A DNA stretch of 64,000 bases, taken from NCBI GenBank assembly GCA_026770705.1, contig JANJGN010000027.1, positions 15,128,001 through 15,192,000 of the forward strand, written 5' to 3'. The notes beneath the pieces are model-generated. The model ran no database searches and was not told the origin of the DNA. It was given only the letters and a program-made list of their open reading frames with translations. The position numbers were made by a program, and so were the translations under genes. This DNA is from Isurus oxyrinchus (lineage: Eukaryota). Positions 37,815 through 49,695 of this stretch are shown here, in pieces. The stretch's first letter is position 1. Each line of letters begins with the position of its first letter.

Positions 37815-40364
37815 CAGTAAACTCCTGCCGTTCGCGATTTTGTTACCCGCGCAAATCTGTTTGCGTATCCAACAGCAGTTCAAGCCTCCAAAACTTTGCT
37901 CATCCACGGTTAACAATGTAACAGTCTGGATGCTACCAATTTAGGGAGTCGAACCCAGAAACAAAGTGACCATTGAGAGACAGAAGCTTGCCTCTTTTTG
38001 CAGATCTTTGAGCTGTTGACAAACTTGCTGTTTCTGTGCTTCAAGCTCATGCAGCCTGTCAAACCAGCAGAAAGCCACAAGTGCACAGTGACATTTACAC
38101 AGCACACATGCACAAAGGCTAATAAAAAACTTACTGTACTGTATCTTATAAAATCCTTCAGAAACCATTAAAAAAACAATTTGTCCTCTTGTCCTGGAAG
38201 AAAAAGTGCCCTGCAGATGTTCCTTCACTGTGCATGTGCAGTCTCCACGTGCAGGTGATTTACAGGATTCTGCAGCAGTGCAGTATTCTGCAAGACAGTT
38301 ACAAGGCAGCACAGCACTTTACTAAAAACGTGTGAGTCACAGCCAAGCAGAAAATGTCCCAGGAAGGCGTTGACACTTGAACGAAAAGTCACAATCCAAT
38401 ATAGGCTGCAAAATGATGCAAGTGCTTCTGTGTTGGCCAGGGAATACTCTGAATGAATCCACAACCAGGTACATTAGGCAGTCTGAAGAAAAAAATAAGG
38501 GCCAGTGTTAGTGTTTCTGGTAGTCTTATTGCCAGGTTAACTTTTGTAAGCAGGAGAGATCCACACTTAGAGGAAATGGAGAAGTTACTCAACGTACGGA
38601 TAGAGCACCTGCTTCAAAGGAGGACCCCAGTTAATGGTCCAATCATTCGGATCAAAGCCCTTGAATTGTATCAGAACATAAAGAGTAGTAAAGAGGGTAG
38701 TGCTGGTGATGGTGAAGGTGGTGCAGAAGTTGCCGCTCCTATTTCCACAGAATTCTCAGCTAGCACAGGATGGTTCGATCGCTTTAAAAAATGTTTCGGG
38801 CTGCTTAATGTGAAACTGGTGAGGGAGGCTGCTTCACCTGACCATGCTGCTGCAGGGGAGTTTCCCAAGGTGCTGCAGGAATACATTGAGGAGAGAGGCT
38901 AACCTGGCAGAGGTGGTCTTCAGTGCAGACAAAACTGACCTGTTCTGGAAGATGATGCCAAATAGGGCTTGCATTTCAAAAGAAGAAAAGACAGCTCCTG
39001 GTTCCAAAGCAGCAAAGGGTAAGCTGACAGTTCTACTATGGGCCAATGTGGCTGGCTTTGAATGTAAACCAGTGCTGGTTTTTAAGTCAGAAAACCTTCG
39101 ACCTTTTAAAGGGAAAAATAAATCTCATCTGCCAGTCTTTTGGAAGGCTAACAGCAATGCCTGGGTTATGGCGGTAGTATCTGAAAACTGGTTTGCCAAT
39201 TGCTTTCTGCCAGAGGTCAGGAATTACCCGAGAGAAAAGAACCTATCTTTCAAGGTCCTACTAATCCTCGATAATGCACCAGGGCATCCACACTCTCTCG
39301 CAGAGAGCCATCCAGATGTTGAAATTTTGTTTTTGCCTCCAAATACGACCTCAATTATCCAGCCATTGGACCAGTGGGTCATTGCCTCATTCAAGGCTTA
39401 CTATACCCGATGAAGTTTCACTCACATCCTTCATCTTATGGAAGCAGACCCTTCAACCCACAGTCCATGATTGCTGGAAGGAATTCAACATCCTCATAGC
39501 AGTAGGCGGAATTAAGGGCTCATGGGATGAAGTTAGAGCTTCAGTGATAATTGCCCGCTGGAAAAAAGTTTGGTCTGAGGCTTTGATTGATTTCTCAGTG
39601 TTCCCCCATGTGGACGCAAAAGTGGCCAGGATTGTTGACTTGGCAAAACAAGTTGGAGGGGAGGGATTTGAAGACATCACCACAGCTTGAAGTGGATGAG
39701 TTGCTTCGATCTCATCAAGAGGAACTCTCTACGGAAGAACTGGTTGAACTGATAATAAGCTTGAGCAGGAGCAGGAAGCAGAGCCTAACAAGGCTCAGTT
39801 CACAACCAAGATGATGGCAGATCTCATAATATCAGCTGAAGGTTTGAAAAAAACGGGCAACTGACCATGATCCAAGCATGGAAAGAAGCATCGACTTTTG
39901 TAGAGCGATTGACACAGCTATTGCTCCTCACCGAGAACTTTACAAAATTGAAAAACAAAAGTCAAAGCAGTCAAAAATAACATTGTTCTTCTCATCCAAA
40001 TCATCCACATCAACGTCTGCATCAGCCACGTCACCCATTCCATCTACATCCACTCTCAAACAAAGTATGGTACCCGTACTGTACAGCACAGTAATGTACA
40101 AAACTACGATTTGTAAATTGTACTACTGTATTCTATAATTGAAAAGTTTTAAATTGTTTCTGTTTTCTTGTGTCGACAAACAATTTCTTCGGTAAAAATG
40201 CCTTCAATTTAATTTTAAAAAATAGTTTTTATTGATGTGAAATTCGGGGATGGCTGGAACATGTCTAATTCAGTTCCATTATAAACTGTGTTTGCCTGTT
40301 CGCGATTTCACCCTTGGCGAGATGCTGCGGGAAGAGAACCCCTGCGAATGGCGGGAGTTTACTA
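37815..40364 (+). mobile_element. Full-length Tigger/pogo DNA transposon (2.55 kb)
   Basis: TIRs cagtaaactcctgccgttcgc / gcgaatggcgggagtttacta; TA at left flank (37813-37814). Confidence 0.92.
38358..40000 (+). pseudogene. Tigger-type (CENP-B-like HTH + DDE_1) transposase, frameshifted
   Basis: PRKALTLERKV...LAREY..NESTTRYIR; FSASTGWFDRFKK; FSADKTDLFWK; LLILDNAPGHP...IQPLDQ (32 residues between D2 and D3); stop at 39411-39413. Confidence 0.92.
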
Positions 40365-40491
40365 TTTATCGTAAAATTAGTATTTGTAGAATAGAAGTGT
40401 TTGCCAGCTTTCTTTCAAGCATAATACGATGGTAATTAGGTAAATCAGTTTGAAACCATATACAGTTAGGTTACAATCCAGTTAGGGACCA

Positions 40492-41631
40492 GTAACATTT
40501 TTGTTTAAAGTAGACAAAGTTTGAAATCCCAATTACCGACTAAGAGAATAAGGCCACCAGATTCCGTGGTTCCACACAAACAAAATTATCTTTATTATTA
40601 GAAAAATCAAACAATTTACAATATCTATCTTATACACTAACATTCAGAATTAACATGAGATAAAAATGAATTAACAGCCAAACTGTAGTCAAACACACCA
40701 CACTACATGTTAAATGGCCAGTGCGTCCAAGTCATATCCCATAGATTTCTCAGGAACCCAGCCAGACTTCAGTGACCACTGTGAGTTCCAATGACTCTTT
40801 AAAACTCTGTCTCTCTTATGAAGGATTTCAACTCTTCACTTTTGAAGATCTAGCATCTGAATTCCGTCCAAAGCCACTTTAGACTGCTTCAACAACTGCT
40901 CATGTCTCGATTGTTCAATCTCTTCTCCTGAGACTGTGTTCACAGGGTTCACAAAGCTGCTCTCCTGCCTCTAATTACCAGCACACTTCCAACTCTTTCA
41001 TAGACCTAGCTTGCACTCCCCCCGGGTTTCTCTGAACTCCAGTCTCCCAGCTGAACCAAGCTATAACTAGCTCCCAGGGCTTCTTCTGGGCACTAACCAG
41101 CTCCAGCATGGAACCAGTGATATTCTGCCTCCTTCACAGCTCCCCAGGACATCTCCTAAGCCCTAGCTGCACTCAACACCTCCCAGGGCTATTCTGAGCC
41201 CTAACTGCCTGGAGTCTGCTATCAGCAGCCCCCTTTCGGTATTGCCTTTTACCCCTGCTGCAGTACGCTCACATAATTGAAACCAGAGAACCTTAAGCTC
41301 CACCCATCTCCATGACAACATTGCCTTTCAGGGTTCACTGAGTGCTTTTAAACTAATTTAGCTCTAATCCCAAAGAAAACATCTCCCTGGACTGCACTTC
41401 TATGCAGGTGACATAGACATCAGATCTCCAGCTCTCTAGTTAAGTCGGCCCACCTGCTGTTTTATGGCTCTTACCTTCCTAGCTGTTAACCCCTTAAGTC
41501 AACACAGCCCCAACCTTTCAAGATTCCAAGCTGTGTTTATCCCAATTCCTACAGTTAAACTTCCCAAAACTAAACATTGCCTCTAAAATATTAACATGAG
41601 CTATGAACTAGATATTCATCATGGGTGTCAC
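40492..41631 (-). mobile_element. Possible solo LTR
   Basis: Ends (a)gtaaca...tgtcaca; AATAAA on - at ~40591; internally repetitive; no TSD seen. Confidence 0.35.
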
Positions 41632-42086
41632 AATGCGAATTATGTCACTGTGTCCAAGACGCGACCTGATTTTGCTGTCTCCCTGGGCCTCAGTGGATAC
41701 TTGTTCAGCAAGGACAATTTTGCAAAACGAGGAGTGGTGGAAAAGCAAATAAGAGAACCAAAGAGGGAGTACGAAAGGAGACAGACAGCTAACATAGCTA
41801 CAGCTAACTGTAGGTTTATAAATAGTAAAAGAGTGGTTAAATGGAGGAGTGGGGCTGATTAGGGACCAAAAAGGGATTTATGAATGGAGGCAGAGGGCAT
41901 CGCTGAGGTATTAAATTAATATTTTGCATCTGTCTTTACCAAGCAAGAAGATGCTACTCAGGCCATGGTGACAGAGGAGGTAATTCAGACACTAAAAGGT
42001 TTAAAAGTGATAAGAAGGATAGGCTGTCTGTACTTAAGTTTATAAGGCACTAGGATTGGATGAGATGTGTCCAAAGATACTGAGGG

Positions 42087-42215
42087 GGTACAGAACTTGA
42101 GTATTGCTGAAAAAAGACATGACGAAACTTTTCATCTTGCAGTCATCAGGACACTTCCCAAGAATACCAATGTAAGGGGAAAACAACAATTTATACTAAA
42201 TGAGAAGAGAGTGCT
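42087..42215 (-). mobile_element. Family-B hammerhead-bearing Penelope-type mini-insert, 11-bp TSD
   Basis: TSD gatactgaggg (42076-42086) / gatactaaggg (42216-42226); - strand tgtc-CTGATGA-ctgcaagat-GAAA-agtttc-gtca. Confidence 0.75.
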
Positions 42216-42691
42216 GATACTAAGGGAAGTGAGAGTGGAAATTTCAGAGGAACTGGCCATAACTTTTCAGTCTTCCTTTGACTGGAGGGTGGTTACAGAG
42301 GACTGGAGAATTGCAAACAATACACCCTTGTTCAAAAAAGGGTGTAAAGATAAGCCCAGCAACCAATGGCCAGTCAGTTTAACTTCAATGGTGGGGAACG
42401 TCTAGGAAGAATAATTTAAGACAAAATTAATAGGCACATGGACAAATGCAGATTAACCAAAGAAGGTGAGCATGGATTTCTTAAAGGAAAATCCTGTTTA
42501 ACCAACTTGCTGTTGAGGAGGTCACAGAGAGGATTGATGATGGTAATGCAGTTGATGTGGTGTACATGGACTTCCATAAGGTGTTTGATACAGTGCCACA
42601 CAACAGACTTGTGAGCAAAGTTACAGCTCGGGATAACAGGAACAGTGGCAACATGGATACAGAATGGGCTGAGCAGCAGGGAACAAAGAGT

Positions 42692-42795
42692 TCCCTGTCA
42701 CACTCTCTACAGATGCTGTCAAACCTGCTGTGTTTTTCCAGCATTTTCTGTTTTTGTTTCAGATTTCCAGATATGCAGTATTTTGCTTTTATCTT
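42692..42795 (+). mobile_element. Family-A Penelope 3' terminal mini-insert, 14-bp TSD
   Basis: TSD agggaacaaagagt (42678-42691) / aggaaacaaagagt (42796-42809); body matches 55321-55420. Confidence 0.8.
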
Positions 42796-44786
42796 AGGAA
42801 ACAAAGAGTAGTGATTAGTGGGTGTTTTTCAGGCTGGAGGAAGGTTTGCAGTGGCGTTCCCCAGGGGACAGTGTTGAGATCTTTGCTTTTCCTGATATAT
42901 ATTAATGGCTAGACCTTGGTGTACACGGCATAATTTCAAAGTTTGTGGATGATACAGAACCTGTGAGGGGGGTAGTGTAGAACTTCAAAACGACATAGAC
43001 AAGGGTGGAATGGGGTGGACAGGTGGCAGATGAAGTTTCATGCAGAGAAACGTGAAGTGATTCATTTTGTTAGGAAGAACATGGAGAGACAATGTACAAT
43101 AAAGGGCACAATTCCAAAGAGAGTACAGGAGCAGAGGAACCTAGGTGTATATGTGCATAAGTCATTGAAGATGGCAGGACAGGTTGAGAACTGTTGATAA
43201 AGCACACATTATCCTGGGCTTTATTATTGGGGCAGAGTACAAGAGCAGGGAGGTTATTTTGAACTTGTATAAGACGCTTGTTAGACTTCAGCAGGAGTAT
43301 TGCATCCAGTTTTGGGCACCGATCTTTAGGAAGGACATGAGAGCTTTGGCGAGAGTGGAGAAAAGATTCACGAAATTAGTTAAACGGTTCAGTTATGAAG
43401 ATGGATTGAAGAAGTTAGGACTGTTTTCCTTAGAGAAAAGAAGGCTGAGAGGAGATTTAATGGAGCTATTCAAGATCATGAGGGATCTGGACAGGGTAGA
43501 TAGAGAGAAACTGTTCCCACTCGTGAAAGGATTGAGAACGTGAGGCCACAGATTTAAAGTAGTTGGCAAAGAAGCAAAAGCGATATGAAAAAAAAACTTT
43601 TCATGCAGTGATTTGTTAAGGTCTGGCATGCACTGCTGGAGCGTTTGGTGGAGGAAGATTCAATTGAAGCATTCAAAAGGGAAGTAGACTGTTGTCTGAA
43701 AAGGAAGAAAGTGCGAGGTTACGGGCAGAAAGCAGGAGAATAACACCAAGTAAATCGCTCATTCGGAGAGCTGGTGCAGACATGATGGGCCGAATGGCCA
43801 TCGCCTGTGCTGTAACAATTCTATGATTCTGTGATTTATCTGTGAAGCAATAAAGCTGCCTATTGTTTAAAGGAGAATTTCCTGGCTGTGACCTCCTCAG
43901 CTTGATATGTTCCTTGGATATGTACAAACTCTGTCCCTGTTTTAGTAATTGAACTGTAATTTCATGCAAAAATAACCCCAGTGAATTAAAAAAGAATCTT
44001 GGAAAATCTATCACTTAGCCACAATCTAATATAACCTGAAACGCAGACTTTGATGTATGTCCATGTTGTTATGCATGGTCTGACAGAAGGGTAAGCATAA
44101 AGAAAGTTATACCGGGTTCCACACAGGAATATTCAAATTAGTCCACTCTGAATTCTCTGGATTGTGTATAAGGATGGCACAGTAGTGTGAAATCAATGGT
44201 GTGTAAATTAACGTGGGCCCTCCCTTTTGTCGAGAATGAACACTGATCTCATGTAATGTTGGCAGCAAAACCAAACAGCACAATTTGTGCCAAACTAGTT
44301 AACATAAATTGCTAGGAAATTGCAGAGGCAGCAATGTAGCTTTTATATGCCTCTTATTGTTCGACTTTGGAACTCTGCCTCAGAAGCCGGTGCCATTGGA
44401 TATCTTTAAGGCGGGGTAGATAGGTTCTAGTTAGGCAAGGGAATCAAAACTTATCGGGGTTAGATGGAAAGGTGAAATTCGAAACACAAACAGAGCGGCT
44501 ATAATCTTCTTGAATGGCCTCCTTCTGCTCCTATTTTGTTTGTTCGTATGTTCAATCGTGTGCTTGTGTATGTTATCAGATGGCATTTGAGTGACGGGAA
44601 GCGTGTTTGCACATCTTCTGATAATTGTATGCACTGAAATTGAGGTAAGTGTGTTGTGTGTTTCTTGAAGGGTCTTTTTTGAGTTAATGTCCTCCAGTGA
44701 GGAATATGCACACAATTTCCCTCCTCTTATTTATGAGCCACGAGCCCTTACATTTGAGAAGTCAAGGTTCTCATCTCCATTTCTAG

Positions 44787-45948
44787 GGGGAGATGGTAGT
44801 ATAGTGGTAATATCACTGGACTAGTAATTCACAGGCCCAGGCATAATGCTCTGGGGACATGGGTTCAGCTGGTGGAGTTTAAATTAAACTAATACATCTG
44901 GAATAGAAAGCCAGTCTCAGTGATGGTGACTATGAAAGTATCATCAATTGTTGTAAAAACCCATCTGGTTCTCTAATGTCCTTCAGGAAAACTGCCTTCC
45001 TTAACTGGCCTGGCCTACATGTGACTGCAGACTCATGCCTAAAAATGAGGTGTCAACCTGGTGAAGCTACAACACAGGACTGCTTGCAGGCCAAACAGCA
45101 GAAGCAGCATGCAATAGACAGATCTAAGCAATCCCATAACCAAAAGATCAGATCTAAGCTCTGCAGTCCTGCCATATCCAGTCAAGAACGGTGGTGGACA
45201 ATTAAACAACTTACTGGAGGAGGAATCTCCACAGAAATCCCCATCCTCAATGATGGGGGAGCCCAGCACATCAGCGCAAAAGATAAGGCTGAAGCATTTG
45301 CCACAATATTCAGCCAGAAGTGCCAAGTGGATGATCCATCTTGGCCTCCTCCAGAGGTCCCCAGCATCACAGAAGTCAGTCTTCAGCGTGATATCAAGAA
45401 ACGGCTGAAGGCACTGGATATTGCAAAAGCTATGGGTCCTGACAATAGTACTGAAGACTTGTGCTCCAGAATGAGCTGCACCCTTAGCCAAGCTGTTCCA
45501 GTGCAGCGACAACACTGGCATCTACCCCACAATGTGAAAAACTGCCCAGGTATATCTTATCCACAAAATGCAGGATAAATTCAACCCGGCCAATTACTGC
45601 CCCATCAGTCTACTCTTGATCATCAGCAAAGTGATAGAAAGGGTTGTCGACCGTGCTATCAAGTGGCACTTGCTCAGCAATAACATGCTCACCAACGCTC
45701 AGTTTGGGTTCAATGTGGAATGGTTCAAGAAGTCCGCGCCACCACCTTTTCAAGGGCAATTAGGGATAGGTGTTAAAAATACCAGCCTAGCCAGTGAGAC
45801 TCATGTTCTGTGAAAGAATAGGAAAAAACCCACAGTAATGTGGTTGACTCTTAACTGCCCTCTGGAATGGGTTAACAAACCACTCAGTTCAAAGGGAACA
45901 GATGCTGGCCCTGCTAGTGATGCCCACATCTCATGAAAGAATAAAGAA
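44787..45948 (+). mobile_element. HE1-type SINE split by an internally deleted HER1 LINE fragment (~45036-45828)
   Basis: HE1 head 44787-45035 resumes at cccacagtaatgtgg (45829); insert encodes NPANYCPISLL...QFGF then jumps to the 3' tail. Confidence 0.85.
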
Positions 45949-47443
45949 AGTCTGCCTATTTCCATCTATTGTGATTCAGGTTAGGAGCTCTGTGGAGTGG
46001 GCGGTGTGGCGCTGAGCACCTGTATGCCCAGTTCACAGCCCCATTGTGATGTTAAACCTTGTACTCACTCTAGCACCCACCTCCTCCACAGTGGCTTGAA
46101 AAGATACTGGGAGGGAGGATCCAGGGAGAGGGTGAAGGTTCTTAAATTTTCAAACCGGGAGCGCATCCCCTCAACCCATCTCTTATGTGCTTGTTCCAAG
46201 GTGAAATACATCATTAACATATTTAAATCAGACACCTGTAATATGATTGGGAGCCTTGTTTAAATTTAGCAGTTTCTGGCCTTGGAAACCTGACAGTAAG
46301 AGAGAGGTGGGAGCTATTTCCTCAAAAAGGTCTTACAGCACTGCTTGAGGGTCAAGAGGCTCAGGAGTACTCCACCCAGCTCTTCAAGGGAGTCTTCAAG
46401 CTCTCCCCTGCTGATTGTGGCCCCTCTCTTGCCCAGACACAGCCAACAATCTTCTCCCCCCCAGCCCTGGTCTCTCATTCACTTCCCCTTTATTTACTCC
46501 TGCCCCTGGTTACCTCACACTTTGCCACACTGTCCCCACAAATATCATGGTTATTGTGATTGTTTAGCTGCATAGATTAGATATGGGCATAGATTAGATT
46601 TTGTGGTTGCACTGATGACAAAGCTGTCAGTGTTTGCGGTCATGATGCTATGAAACTGACAGCAACCTCTGGCGTCCACACATTTTCAGCTTAACACAGA
46701 AAACCAGAAGTTGCTGTCAGTGATTCCCTGATCCTCCAAAAGATGTGCTGTTCAATTCTCCACAAATGGCAATCGCTAGAAATCTGAACTGATGAGAACT
46801 TCCTTTTTTTTAAAGCTGTAGTATTGCTGTTAAAAACCCTCAGCAAAGGTTGTTACTGAGCTGTAACTAGGTTTTTAGCAGCACATTAAGTAATGGCTGT
46901 TGCTGAGCAATCTCTTTGCCCCTGGAAAACTAATTTTATATTTGCGTTATATCAAATATTTTCATTTTGATAAATACACAGTTTTTAAATAGAAGTTAAC
47001 TTCACTTCATGTGCTGGAGCCATCAGCAGAGCTATCTATTTTGTGACTTGTCAAAAACTGCGTTCCTGCTATTACTTATCTCAGCAGGAGACCCCTGAAA
47101 TTCCATTCACTTGGAAGCTGGAATTCTCATTAACCATTGTCAGAAATATAAAATAAGCATAAAAATGACTCCAGTGTTTGCTGACTTTTAACTATAATAC
47201 AATTCTCTGAAATGAATGTTAATCAGTGTGCATTGTAATATTCAAACTAAATTTTAAAGAGTGGGACTGACTGCCGCAGTGAGTTTACAAGACAATCTTT
47301 TCTAGCACTTAGAAATCTAATACAGATTAAAGAGATGAAATTTTTTATCTCTTTCTGATAATCTTCCCTGTCTGTCTTCTCAGGTAGATTTAAAAGATAC
47401 CATCTCACTATTTCAAAGAAGAGCACTGGAGTTCTCCCCTGTG

Positions 47444-48584
47444 TTAAATAAAAGCAACATACTGCGGATGCTGGAAATCTGAAATAAAAACAGAAAATTC
47501 TGAAAACAGCAGGTCTGAAAGCATCTGTGGAGAGAGAAACAGAGTTAACGTTTCGAGTAGCAGCGGAAGGGTGCTTTTCTGAATGGAGAGCTGTGACTTG
47601 TGGAGTTCCGCAGGGATCAGTGCCGGGACCTCTGCTGTTTGTAGTATACATAAATGATTTGGAGGAAAATGCAACTGGGCTAATTAGTAAGTTTGCAGAT
47701 GACACTAAGGTTGGAGGAGTTGCAGATAGTGAAGAGGATTGTCAAAGGATACAACGGGATATAGATCAGTTGGAGGGTAGGGCGGAGAAATGGCAGATGG
47801 AGTTTAATCCGGACAAATGCAAGATAATGCATTTTGGAAAGTCTAATACAGGCAGGAATTATACAGTAAATGGCAGAACCCTTAAGTGCATCGACGGGCA
47901 GAGGGATCTGGGTATACAGGTCCACAGGTCACTGAAAGTGGCAACGCAGGTGGATAAGGTAGTCAGGAAGGCATATGGCATGCTTGCCTTCATGGGCAGG
48001 GGTATTGAGTATAAAAGCTGGGAAGTCATGCTTCAGCTGTATAGAACCTAGGTTAGGCCACACTTGGAATATTGCGTGCAATTCTGGTCACCACATTACC
48101 AGAAGGATATGGAGGCGTTGGAGAGGGTGCAGAGGAGGTTTACCAGGACGCTGCCTGGTCTGGAGGTTATTAGCTATGAGGAGAGGTTGGAGGAACTCGG
48201 ATTGTTCTCACTAGAGCGACGGAGATTGAGGGGCGACTTGATAGAAGTTTACAAAATTGTGAGTGGCATGGACAGAGTAGATAGTCAGAAGCTTTTTCCC
48301 AGGGTGGAAGAGTCAAGGAGGTGTTTTTTGCGCAGAGAGTAGTGAGTGTCTGGAATTCGCTGCCAGAGGAGGTGGTGGAAGCAGGTACGATAGTGGTGTT
48401 TAAGAGGCAGATTGACAAATACATGAATAGGATGGGAATAGAGGGATACGGATCCCGGAAGTGCAAAATGTTTTAGTTGACAGGCAATATGATCGGCGCA
48501 GGCTTGGAGGGCCGAAGGGCCTGTTCCTGTGCTGTACTTTTCTTTGTTCTTTGTTCTTTGTTGAGTCCGTATGACTCTTCTTCA
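47444..48584 (-). mobile_element. Family-A Penelope terminal unit with hammerhead, 15-bp TSD, split by CR1
   Basis: Perfect TSD gagttctcccctgtg (47429-47443 / 48585-48599); rejoined halves read CTGAAGA-a-gagtc atacg gactc-GAAA-cgtt on the - strand. Confidence 0.85.
47559..48562 (+). mobile_element. Relatively young CR1 LINE 3' kb, TSD gagt
   Basis: Long open frame GVPQGSVPGPLLF...KFADDTK...WQMEFNPDKCK; (ttctttg)n tail; gagt at 47555-47558 and 48563-48566. Confidence 0.93.
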
Positions 48585-49311
48585 GAGTTCTCCCCTGTGA
48601 CCTGGCCAATTGGTATCAGTCAGCCAGCAGCACATGAAACAGCTCCTTTGGTCATTTAGCACATTGCTATTTGTGGGAGCTTGCTGTATGCAAATTGACT
48701 GCTGTGTTTCCCAACATTACAACAGTGATCACTTGGCAAAAGTATTTCATTGGCTGTAAAGCGCTTTGGGGTGTTCCGAGATCGGGAAAAGCGCTGTTTG
48801 AATGTGAGTCTTTGTTCCTCTTGGGTTATCTTAAATGACACCAGCTCTGTCTCACTCAACTCAGTTGCATGTCTCAGAAACAAGAACTAACTTCTGAAGG
48901 TGCAGCTGCAAAACTATTTCTGTTCAAGTTCAGGACACGTTGCAAATAATGTCGTGCAATTTTTGTCTGGTTGGTCAAAATCGCCATGTAATAAATAAAA
49001 CTTGTGCAGGTGTTTTCCCACACCTCAGGAATTCAAAAGAAATCCCAAGAGGATTTGAAATAGTGTACCACTCAATGTGGTCACATTTAGTCACATTTAG
49101 TCCCAAGAAACTTGTCATTTCTGAATGACAGACAGCAATTAAACCAGTTTTTACTTTCCATTTCACATTGTGCAATGAATTCGGAAATTGTTTCTTGGAT
49201 CTGTAGAGTTTTCTAAAGGTGCATTTCCACTTCAGCTACACGTCTGTCAAGTTTGGCTTCTAGCTAGGAACAATGTTTACATTGCATGGTCCTTACCCGA
49301 CTGGAAATTCA

Positions 49312-49695
49312 TGGATACTGTTGCACAATGGTTATGTTACTGGGCTGGCAAACCAGCAGCCTGGATTAATAATCTAGAGATGTGAATTCAAATTCCACCA
49401 TTGAATTTGAATTGAGTTAATTAAGTAAGTATGGAATAAAAAACTAGCATCAGTAGTGATGATCATGAAACTACTGGATTGTCGTAAAAACACATCTGGC
49501 TCACTGATACCCTTTAGAGAAGTTAATCTGCTTTCATTACTCAATATGGCCTATATGTGACTCCAGACCAACAGCAGTGTTGTTGACTCTTAACTGCCTC
49601 TGAAATGGCCTGGTACACCACTCAGTTGTATAGGGATGGGGAATAGATGCTGGCCTTGTCAGTGACGCTAACATCCCTCGGATATGTTTTTTAAA
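49312..49695 (+). mobile_element. HE1-type SINE
   Basis: ggcctatatgtgactccagaccaacagcagtgttgttgactcttaactgcc core and tail. Confidence 0.85.

Larger units (their letters stand above)
41715..43835 (+). mobile_element. CR1 LINE ORF2 pseudogene with two nested short inserts
   Basis: EDWRIANNTPLFKKG, VYMDFHKVFDTVPH, SGVPQGTVL, LYKTLVR..EYCIQFWAP; tail ttctatgattctgtga. Confidence 0.93.
47330..48825 (+). mobile_element. Deu-domain SINE (SacSINE1-like) hosting nested inserts
   Basis: ctatttcaaagaagagcactggagttctcccc...cattgctatttgtgggagcttgctgtatgcaaattg...ggctgtaaagcgctttggg. Confidence 0.7.

Noticed and set aside
38453-39413. Domesticated TIGD/JRK-like host gene
   Set aside because: Flanked by TIRs and broken by frameshifts and a stop
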